In this document: in pieces, positions 52,315 to 64,000 of the stretch
How the letters are laid out: each line of letters begins with the position of its first letter
Position numbering within the stretch: the first letter of the stretch is position 1
Origin: Eledone cirrhosa
Lineage: Eukaryota
Direction: 5' to 3'
Assembly: GCA_964016885.1 (NCBI GenBank)
Contig: OZ024740.1
Span: 60,078,001 to 60,142,000, forward strand
DNA length: 64,000 bases
Notes under the pieces: generated by a model
What the model was told of the DNA's origin: nothing
What the model saw: the letters and a program-made list of their open reading frames with translations, nothing else
Database searches by the model: none
Program-made: the position numbers and the translations under genes

Positions 52315-52607
52315 GTCGAGTGGTTAAAAAGTTCGCTTCACATTCATACAGTCATGGGTTCAGTCCCTTGGGTCAACTGAAGCCTTAAACGTGAAATTGG
52401 ATAGACGTATATTGTATGGAAGCCCGACGGATGGACAATAGCTGTCATTAAAACGTGAAACCTCATTAAACTGTATAATATTGATTCCACTTGAAAAGAG
52501 CGTTAGGAGTATACGTGTCTGTGAAAAACTAACCTCCTTCGTACGCCATTTCGAACAACCGAGTGTTCATAGGTCGTTATCGATAGAAGAGTGCATCATC
52601 ATTATGA

Positions 52608-52792
52608 ATTTGGCAGTATCGGTAGAGGGTCAAACACCATGCTTTGACGCATAGAGTTCTGGCCCTTTCCATTCTGAGTTCAAATCCCGCCCAGGTCAAC
52701 TTTGCCTTTCATCCTTACGAGGTCGATAAAATAAAGTACCAGTAATGTACTGGGTAATTGCTGGCCTTGTGCCAAAAGTAGAAACAATTATG
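52608..52792 (+). mobile_element. SINE A
   Basis: Consensus motifs. Confidence 0.9.
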
Positions 52793-53344
52793 AATACACG
52801 ACGGACTTTAACATAGCTTCCGTCTACAAAATTTCACCTACAAGGCATTGGTCAACTAGAAACTACTGTTGAAAGCATTTTTCCAAGATATCTTGTAGTA
52901 GGAACGAACCCGGAACCACACAGCTTCAAATAGAACTTCATAACCACACATCTACGTCTACAATTATACTTGAAAGGATAAAAAAAACAGGATGGCTATG
53001 CCTGGAACATATTTCATCATAGATCAGTTTAACCAAAGCTGACCTCCTGCTAAACAACAACACCAGCACCAACAACTGTATTAAATACTTTTAAAAACTA
53101 TAAGATGTCAGTCTCCCCAAAAAATGTTCCATCGCTCTGAAAATTGTACCAGTGACTACTTGTTTGAAACAACAGCGATCATTTTACCACTACGGTAAAT
53201 TGGCTGCTAATCTAAACTATAATAAAGTAAGAAGCGCGGGATTGCGTACAGTTTATAATTTTTATCCCCTTAGTAAAATAAGTTAGATTACTTTGAATAA
53301 ATGAATTAATATTACATAATTTATCTACTAAATTTCATGGATGT

Positions 53345-53690
53345 TCATTAAATATATGTTATTATTATTTAAAGATTCACTTCTTTAAAATTTTCAAATG
53401 TCAACACTTCCGGTAGCGATCGCTTAAATAAATATTCATATATTTGCGTCACTAATTTTCTCCTAATGCAGTTTATATATAATATCGTATTTTTTTAATG
53501 TATCATGGATTACATTACTGATTAAATAAGACAGTGTAACACAGTCTTCGTTCAATTTCTGTGTATATTGTCAATTACGATTTTATTTTATGTATCATAT
53601 CTACATGCATATACACTTGCGTAAAATATCAATATACACACTACACATACTAGCAGAAAACCACCCGAAGAGTGGTTTTTCTGCTAGTAT
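53345..53690 (+). mobile_element. Non-autonomous Helitron-like repeat, copy 2
   Basis: Ends in hairpin plus CTAG|T; reverse match to 17783-18135. Confidence 0.6.
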
Positions 53691-54489
53691 ACTTAATGTA
53701 GTGAACCTAGAAATTTAATTAACTAAGACCATACCAATAGCGATAAGAGAAAAAATAGAATTATTATCTTCATGAGTAGCACCATTTACGTTAAGGGAAA
53801 CGATAAACATCCTGAAATATAGATCAAATGAAATTAGTTACATAGAGAATACAGTTAGGCTTGAGTCCTATCTTTATTAGTACAGAGACTTCTTCTTCTT
53901 CTTCTTAGGAAAAGTTTCAGTCTTATTAAACTTAGGAAAAGTTTCAGTCTTATTAAACATCATCAGCGAAGTATAGCCTAACCGTATTTCAGGTTATTAG
54001 AACAGCTAGAGAAGCAATTGGGTTTTTATAAATGAACACAGAATGGCGTTATAACTTAAAGGAATGACACTGCGGCGGGGAAATACCCAGGAACACATGC
54101 TGCTGTTGCTACAAAAAGACAAAAAACTATTAAAGTAGGTGCTAACTACATACCCTTTCTAACCGATTGACAAACAATGAAATAAATTAATAAATAATTC
54201 ACTAAATATTGAAACATCGGTTTTACAATATTTTGTTATTGAGAAATGTTTAATAATAAGAGCCATATCTGAAAAAAAAAGAAAACATCGATTTATTTTT
54301 TTAAAATCTTCTCGTCAATATAATTAATTGAGAATAGTTTTTTTGTATTTTGAATTTAGAATAAATTGTTCAGTAGAATTCCTGTCTTTTCAAATTATTT
54401 CTATAGGTATAATTTATATAGGAATATTTTCCAAGCCTGAAATTTTTCAATGCATTCGATTAGAATAAGTGTTCGCTGATGTTGAAATC

Positions 54490-54740
<251 letters not shown>

Positions 54741-55160
54741 AATCTCCCAGCCAAGTTGTATCTCCATCAATTTTATATGAAAAAAATATTTGTCTGTCTG
54801 TAGTAATAAATGAGAATTCATTACGGACAAAAATAGCAGCATACACAGTATCTAAAGAACTCTAGTAAAATTACGTTCAGTGTTTGATTCCAGTGTATAA
54901 TTGTTTTGTTTCTTTGGGGTTTTTGTTATTTTGTTAGTATTTGAGAGTAACATAAAATGTCGATCCACCTACTACTCAATCCCAATACGTTTTAGCTGGC
55001 GTATAACAACAATACCAAACTATGGAACTATCATAACCTAAATGTGATGTCGCCAAATTAAATGTTTTATGTCCCTTACCTTGTATATTGAGGGTGGTTG
55101 GATTAATATATTTGTATTAGTTAAATCGACTATATCTGTTATCTAAATATTGGTCTAGTG

Positions 55161-55480
55161 CAGGGTTTCCAACCTAGACGATATCGCCCACCGGTCGGCG
55201 ATTTCAACTGTTGGGTGGGCGATGTGCAACTGAACAGAAAATGGGGGGGGGGGGTGATTGAAAATTGTAATGGACGATATAGGATTTTGAGTATTAAGAA
55301 GGTATTTCAACATATGCTACGCGGAAAAAAACATACTCAAAGAATCTGTATTTCAAAAAAAAACATGAGGCTAGATGGGAATAACCAATCAGTAACACCA
55401 ACTAATTTTACTTTATAGGTGGGCGGTGGAAATGTTTTTCTGTGAAAGTGTGCGATGATGTAAAAGGTTGGGAATTCCTG
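55161..55480. mobile_element. hAT-Charlie-like MITE
   Basis: 8-bp TSD GTCTAGTG on both sides; TIR CAGGGTTTCCAACC / GGTTGGGAATTCCTG. Confidence 0.9.
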
Positions 55481-55544
55481 GTCTAGTGCCTTGTCGAAAG
55501 AAAGATTATTTTTTAAAACTTCCCTTTAGAGGGTATGTGTGACA

Positions 55545-56030
55545 GCATGTGGCTTCACACATACGAGCGATTTGTTAACTGCTCGTAAGGTTGTGAGTTT
55601 GATTCCCGGCAGCGCGTTGTGTCCAGTCCACTCATCTGGCAAAAACAAGTTGTATCTGTGCTTCAAAGGACCAGCCTTACCACACTCTGTATCACTTTGA
55701 ATCTTCCTGGGAATTATTTAAGGGTACACGTGACTGTGGATTGCTCAGCCACTTGCATGTTAATTTCACGAAACTATTACTGAAACACTTGTCGTCGGAA
55801 CTGACGGAAGTCCAATACAGCAATATACAATGAGGATTTGAACTCAAAATATGGATGGTACTTGGTATATAGACCAATGTCGGTTATGATGATGAGGGTT
55901 CCAGTTGTCAGGTAAATAGAAGAGCCTACTCTGGAAATTAACATGTAGTTGGTTGTGTATTTCTTTGATATGTGTACCCTTAATGTAATTTCTAAGGGAG
56001 ATTCAGCATGAGGTAGCCCTAAATATTGCA
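55545..56030. mobile_element. SINE B copies (plus 55545-55805; minus partial 55880-56030)
   Basis: Shared AAGGGTACAC and GCTCAGCCACTTGCA blocks. Confidence 0.65.
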
Positions 56031-56328
56031 GGGTCGATTCATCCGACAGACTTCCAGTTTTGTTAAATATTTTACACTCAACCCGAAGCTCTGGTGATAC
56101 TGAACTTGGAACATCCACTCTTCTTCCCCCTTTAGCCATTTTAAATCCAAAGAGAGGGCTTGAGATACTGTTATACATTTAGTATGGCATTGTACTGTTG
56201 CTCTGAAGACACTCTCCTTATTACAATATAAATGCTATAATTGAAATTGTATCTAAGGTGATGGTTACAACAAATATTATGGAACGCTAGACTATATTCG
56301 ATACATCATCTTGTTTACTGCAAGAGAG

Positions 56329-56364
<36 letters not shown>

Positions 56365-56420
56365 GGGGAGGTAGAAAGAGAGAGAGAAAGTAAGAGAGAA
56401 AGATAGTATAAATGGTATAT

Positions 56421-56830
56421 ATAATAATGGTTTCTGATTTAGGCACAAGGCCAGCAATTTTGGGGGCGGCGAAAGGTCATTACATTGGCCCTAGCATGTG
56501 ATTGGTACTTTATTTTATCGACCCGGAAAGGCAACCTTTGCAGGATTTGAACTCAGGACGTAAATAGCCGGAATAAATGCCACAAAGCATTTTCTCCAAC
56601 ACTCTAACGATTCTGCCAATCAACCGTATGTTTAATAATTGTTTCTACTTTTGGCACAAGGCCAGCAATTACCCCAGTACATTGCTGGTGCTTTATTTTA
56701 TCGACCCCGTAAGGATAAAAGGCAAAGTTAACCTCGGCGGGATTTGAACTCAGAACGTAAGGGGTCATAACTCTATGCTGCAAAGCATGGTCTCTGATGC
56801 TCTACCGATACTACCAGCCACTGCCCGTAT
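56421..56830 (-). mobile_element. Two tandem SINE A copies
   Basis: Consensus motifs; CCGTATGTTTAATAAT repeated at ~56624 and ~56825. Confidence 0.85.
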
Positions 56831-57540
56831 GTTTAATAATGACCAGGGAAGTAGACATATGTATAACAACTGGAGAGTGTAATAATTAGGTGTGTGCATA
56901 ATAAATGCTATATCAGATCTCTGCACCCTGAGTTCAAATTCCATCAATGGTAAGAGCTAATCACCGAATCACGAAACCACAATTGATTATGAAAGCTGCA
57001 ATAGCTGGAGGAGGATTGTGGTCGTCTACTACTGTTGTCGAATGACGGTGATTATATACGATCTGCAACTAAATTGTGATCCTATTCAGCCTCAGAAGGA
57101 AGTTAACAGGGTTACAGATATAAAAGTGGGAAACTACCACTCTCACCGACACTTATCATTTTATTGGCCAATTTCTATAATTGTTGAGTTGCCTGGAACA
57201 CAATTCTACCGGCACCACATCTAATTGTTGTTGCAGTCATCCCTACGGGGGAAGGTTCCTGAGTCATATTAAATATTGAAGAGCGGTTGCACAAAATCAA
57301 ACATTGTTATTTCCACAAGTACCCACTTCACTAACCCTAATACTATTGTCCACGGCTGGTCGACCTATATTTCATTATTTCAATATTTCTATTCATAAAA
57401 CATGTTGACTGCTTGAGTAGTTCTTTTCGCTTCAGGTAAATCTGTCACCAGGCACTAACTGGAGTTGGAAACATTACCACACTGTGGTGCGTATAGTAGC
57501 AGTGATCGATATTATTCCCATTATTGTCACTTGTTGAAAT

Positions 57541-58283
<743 letters not shown>

Positions 58284-60245
58284 TAGTATTCTTGTTCGTT
58301 GTAATATTTGCAATTGTTGTCCCAAAATACCAACATAGGATCGATTAGAGTAATTGGTATTTCCAGGGTTCGTTTCATTCTATTGATTTCTGTTATAGGG
58401 TTTCACTTGTTCCAGCATAAATTATTTCCACGTAGTATTTTTTTGGGGGGTGGGGCGTGGGGGGGGGGGGGGTTAATATATTGGTTATTTTACTTTTGTC
58501 GGTTCTCTTACTATTTTTATTCGAAGCTACCTAGCTTCCAATCTATGTTATCTGATTAAATCAAACCTCCTTGCTATTTAATCTATTGTAAATGTTAAGT
58601 CAATATATCATTTTCAGCAGAAAATTAATTTTATTCACTTTTTCTTTTACATTGCTTCAAAATAAGTTTTTGTTGTTTAACCCGAGGTTGACCCGGACCA
58701 AATAGACATGCTGTTTTTCCCTTTACTTTCTATTTAAAGAACTACTCTCTTTAATGTCTTCTTATATTTTTTTAGACGATAAGATGTGATTTGAGGAAGA
58801 TTTTACTGTAGTTTTTACCAGATCGATTGACCATATAGTGGGTTTCTCCTTTTGGTGAGTGTTATGGAGCTAGGAGTCTAAGTCAGGTTTTTTTCGATTT
58901 TTGCTTGCAGCTATTTTACTACCTCTAGGCAGTTAATACTCTCCGAAGGCTTAATCGCTACACTTTTCCATTAAAATCCTTAGCCAATAGTCAATAGAAA
59001 CCAATATATTTTCTTATCATTTGCAATAGTAATAGGTTATCAACAAGTAGGATTAATACTGTGGCGTTCTGGAGAAGTATAAGACATTAAGTATGTGTGT
59101 GTGTATTTCTGATGTTGTTTTTTAAACCGGACCACACGTAGACGCCATACATATATATACAGAATCACTTTTCAAAATGGCTGACTATAAAAAAAACGTG
59201 CTTTCTATCATGTCTTCTTTATTTTTTTACTCTTGTTTATTTTTTTATTTCTTCTCTCTCATTCTATCTTCCTGGGAAGAACTAGCGCCCGAAACGTTAA
59301 GACACTTTTCTTACTATATGAAGCGTTAAACTAATACATCATCATTTCATTGTATTGTTCTCCTCTCTTATTTTCTTTATGTATACAGAACCATAACATA
59401 CCTTCCTGAGTATTTTTCAGCTGCCTTTTCTCCAAACATAATATATCTAGGACCACATCATCCAATGTGCCCTTTCCCTTTTACGGCAGTAGGGTAACAT
59501 TTGAGGGAAATTTAGTTATTTCCAGCAGGTTAAACTACCACGTAGAGGCTCCCCAGGTTTTTTAACCGTAGGTCAGCACTGATTGAGTGCAAAATGATCA
59601 AGAGCTTTCTATCCATGACTACCACGTCATATTTTCAGACGCAGTGTATCAACATAAATATGCCCTTTTTAAATGAGTAAGATGATTTACTGAAAATTTA
59701 GCTGGGATTTCTAGTAGCTCGTGTGACCATGAATAATCTCTCACTTTCTATCTCATCTGTAGAGAGGAGAGAGAGTGGGGAAAGAGGAAGTCAGGGGAGA
59801 GAGAGGGAGAAAGGCGCAGAGAGATAGAGTGAGAGAGAGGAGAGAGGGTATAGAGAGAAAGAATTGTTAGAAATAGCAACCAAATTTTCATCAAATTAGA
59901 CCCAACTGCCTCAAGGATAAAGAACAGAACAAAACAAAAGGTATTTACAGAAGAAAAAAAGATACTGGGAGAGGAGAAAGAGAGTGAAAGTGGGGAAGAT
60001 GAGAGAGAACTGTTACTTTAACGATCCTGAAAGGATGAAAGACAAAATTGACCTCGGCGCGATTTGAATTCTGAGTGCAGAGCGCCAGAACAAATACTGC
60101 AAGATATTCTATTAGATGGTCTAACGCCCTGTCAAATTTATCAGCGAGGTAATGAAATTAGTTTAGTGAGCATATACCCGAAATATATGTTTACAGTATC
60201 TTATTTAGAGTCTTGAAATTCTGATTCTAATTTCACTAGGTTATT

Positions 60246-61075
60246 TTTCTTCTTCTTCCACATATTCCTGGGATGGTCGTGGGGCCAGAGTCCTGTCAGA
60301 AGCAATCATCTCCAATTGATCGGCTGGATCCTCAAGCCAGATCAATCGAGTTCATTGATATTATCCAACCATCTTTCTCGAGGTCTAGCCCTGGGTCTCT
60401 TGCCAGTTGGTTTTGCCTGTAAAATTTGCCTAGGGATTCTTTCCTGAGACATTTTAACTACATGTTCATAGTATCGGAGCTGTGATCTCTCAATTCGAAG
60501 GTACAGCAGCTCCCTGATCTCCTAGCTACGCCCTCTCTTGAGTAACGTTAATTCAAAGGCACTTCGGCGGAACCCCATTACGGTCACTTGTATTCCAGAT
60601 CGTATTATTTCGATCATTACCCAAAATTCATGACCATAGATAAGGGTTGGCGCGAATGCCGAATTGAAGATAGTGATTTTGGCTTTTACACCTACCCCTC
60701 TTAAGCTAGCGCATTACTGCACCAGCTCTGCAAGTCTTGCACTTAATTCTGCCTCCTGCCTTCCATCACTCGGAAGCATGACGCCGAGATACTTGAACTT
60801 CTCCACTTACTTCGGTGGAACTCTACTCACATGCTGAGTACACTGGGCAGGCTTTCTTGAGAGGACGAGTGTCTCAGTCTTGGCAGCATTGATTTTCATT
60901 CCATCCATGCAGCACTCGGCATCAAACCTAGTGCATATCGGAGATCACCATCTAGCGAGTTTAGTAATACCATGTCGTCTGCAAATTCCAACCAGCTGAT
61001 CCTACACCCACCAGTTGTCACTTCCAACCCGACTGCGCACGTCAATCTTGTTCATGAAGAATATAAACAGGAGAT
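60246..61075 (-). mobile_element. 5'-truncated RTE-clade LINE (same family as 4525-5569)
   Basis: Reverse strand has FKYLGV and PTLIYGHEFW; short (AAG)n tail at ~60247-60258. Confidence 0.8.
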
Positions 61076-61479
61076 TCTATATTTCATCTTTCAGTCGTGA
61101 TAAAATAAATATGTTCTTATAATATACATATCAACTAGATGTGGTCACTACTGCTACTCAAGTGGTGTTTGCTAGTATTACTGCTATTTTATAGCTGACA
61201 AGAGCGATAGGGATGTATCTCTTTTAGTAACGAAAGACCCTTCTTCTAAAGAAAAAACTTCAGTCACGCGAAAATCAATAAGACTTAGGCAGTTTCAGCA
61301 GTAGGATCTTCAATTGCTATTGTATATAATTCAGTGAATGGACTTGAAAGTTATACTTATGGCAATTTGACATAATGCAGGGATGTGTTTTCAATAATAC
61401 ATGATTATTTTATATGAAGATTTGAACTTACATTATTGATACATAAATATATTTCATTGAACATGGTAAATGAGCAGTC

Positions 61480-61665
61480 GGTGGATTGGTAGTATCGGTA
61501 GAGAGTCGGACGCCATGCTTTGCAGCAAAGAGTTACGGTGCTTTATGATCTGAGTTCAAATGCCGCCGATGTTAACTTTGCCTTTCATCCTTACGGGGTC
61601 GATAAAATAAAGTACCAGTAATGCACTGGGTAATCTGGCCTTGTACCAAAAGTAGAAACAATTAT
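61480..61665 (+). mobile_element. SINE A
   Basis: Consensus motifs. Confidence 0.9.
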
Positions 61666-64000
61666 TGCAAATCAAACAAAAAATGCTCCTTCACGGCCAT
61701 TTTTTCAAGTCACACTTGACTCAGTAGATATTTGAATTGACTGCAAAAGAATATTTTTTTTTAAATGGCATTAAAACTCTAGCTTCCTACTTACTAAACT
61801 ATGCATAGTAAATTTTGTGAAAAGTACCATATATGTATTCTAACTAAAGCAGTGTCTAAACATGTGGAAGCACGAAAAGTCGATTAATTCGATGTATTAT
61901 GTTTAGTGAGTTATAAAAGTAAAAACAAGATTGAATGAATAGATGATTATCAAGACTTCGTGTAAATGGGATTTACGAAGGAAGTAAAATATAAATATAT
62001 ATGGTATCTATAATATGTTTAGTGGTTTATAAAAGTGAAACCAACAAGTTTGAACAAAAAAATCCATTAAAATGGAATTTATGAAAAAAGTTTTTTATGA
62101 AATTAAAACCTCCATCATCTTTCTGGAAAGAAACATTTTTCAGAACAATGCTGAAACTTAGAATAATATGAGAAAGTCGGAGTAAATAGTAGCAGCCGGC
62201 TACCTATAATAAATGGGGGTTGTCAATGAGGCATACAGCTCAGTAATTGAATACTACCTTTTTATGGCTTTCACCTATAAAACAGAGTAAATCTATAATC
62301 TTGCAGAAGTCTCGTTAAAAGTAGCAATTTTCAGTGAAAAGCTCGACTTTATTAACCTGATAGTGTGACTAAGAAATATTAGCAAATGAAGTAAGCAATA
62401 TCTCGGTTACTAATTAATATCAAAATAACTACCCTTATATAAAGTTTAATAGTTTACCGTTTCATCTACATCTGGATTATCATTGCTATTACTGAATATC
62501 GATTTATCGATCCCTTTCATGTTTTGTTTTTGTTTCGATATTTTCATAGCACTTGTGTTCGATCAAGCCCCTTGAAGTTTTTGGAAAATAGACTGCTGAA
62601 AATGTTGAGTATGATGATAAACGAGATAATTATAAATTCTTTCTTTTTAAATGTCGGAAAGTAAAAGAAATCAAACAAATGCTATTCATGTCTGTTCATC
62701 TTTTGATTTCTGAACAGAAATTTAGTAGAAAAGTTCTCTATTATATATTCTAAGTCCATCATTGTAACATTGTACTATAATTTGTGATGTTACTACTACT
62801 TTTTTGATAGCTTTAGTAATATTTCCTTGTCTGTGTGAGGCACACTTAACAGAACTAGAGTAAATGTCTACTAACAAAGGAAATATAGCGGTTGATGTAG
62901 TGATCGTTTTATCGGCATCATTAATGTTATCGACTGCTGCATTTTACTACAGTTCGTCGTTACTGAAGCATATTTTAGTACTTCTTTTACTTCTTTATTG
63001 ATATTTTTGTTGTAGCTTTACTAATCCAAAGTTTCTCTTTGCTTTTTTTTTTATTATAAAACTGAAACAATCGGAACGATTTCAGCAGAAGAAGAAAAAA
63101 TTTATATTATTTTCACCAGCCATTATATTTTTGTGGTCGAGAAACTACCCCCTGCTCTATCGTATTTATTACAAACTTGACAAAAGAGAGATTAATGTTC
63201 ACATGTGTCAATCAAGAAAATGCTGCCGCCCAATGTTATTGTTAGGCGAAGTAACTAAAATGAATCGAAGATTATGAGGGTTCAGCTTTGCTTGGCAAAT
63301 TTGCAATCCGCAGCCACTAAAAAAATGTCTGAATGTTATAAATTACAGCTTGTGTTTTAAGCGATTTTACTTTTTTTGTCTAGTTATATTTTCATTTCAG
63401 ATTATGAAAGAAATAATGTTATTTTAACAGGACCGGTGAAATAACTCCTGGAAAATAGATTATATACTGTTATGATTTAGGGAATAATTATGACATTTTA
63501 GATTTAATGGTCTTTGTTTAGGATTTAAGTGGTAAAAATAAAACTGAGATGTGTCAGCAGCGTGGCGTTTTCAAAACACTATATTTTGATTTTTTTAGAT
63601 ATGTACAAAGATAAAGAATGAGACTGGCGTTTTCATACCTTTCTGAATGGCGTTTGTCACATAGCTGAGGTCATACAAAAATTGAAAGCATATTGCGGTG
63701 TCGGTTTGCAGACAACAGCCTTTGTTCTACGGGGAGTGTAAGTGTATGGTTGCTTTGCAACTGACCCCTTGTTTAATCCCACAGCGTGCCACTTGGGCAA
63801 ATGTATCATACCATAGCCTCGGGTCCACCCAAAACTTGAGTGAAATTTTGTAGGCGGCAATTGTATAAAAACTCGCCAGAATAACTGTTCTTGTTTTGGG
63901 GTGGTAAACTTAATCCACTGCCCAGTTTAAGAGCACCACATGGCCCATGGCGTGATTGTGGATAAATTTGTAAGATAAATATGTAAGTAAATGTGTGTGC

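Noticed and set aside
53904-53958. 27-bp perfect tandem duplication
   Set aside because: Ordinary slippage event with no further structure
55777-56178. 133-aa ORF
   Set aside because: Mostly SINE-derived sequence; no recognisable domain
63390-63445. Possible 35-nt micro-exon (TTTCAG|ATTATG..GGACCG|GTGAAA)
   Set aside because: Weak donor site, no neighbouring exons and no recognisable homology

Overview
This is AT-rich eukaryotic genomic DNA with no host exon I can support. The SINE families and heavy (TA)n/(CA)n load resemble an octopus/coleoid cephalopod genome (inference). The window is almost entirely transposon-derived: over 25 copies of one tRNA-derived SINE, a CORE-type SINE family, a nearly full-length CR1-like LINE, fragments of Tx1/L1, RTE, R4/Dong-like and CRE-like LINEs, Helitrons, a fold-back Tc1/mariner and several MITEs. 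The most notable region is 32-47 kb, a (TA)n-associated cluster of Penelope-like elements. It holds two copies of one Naiad-type family, a second Naiad-type family missed by the ORF track, and a ~426-bp non-coding repeat carrying an intact minimal hammerhead ribozyme with covariation between copies. This repeat occurs once as a 1.5-mer tandem ending in Naiad terminal sequence and once as a tail-to-tail inversion, making it a candidate retrozyme/circRNA mobilised by Naiad. At least ten whole or half hammerhead motifs are visible, and the complete ones share a U10.1-U11.1 junction. All structures were read by eye and coordinates are approximate to a few bases.
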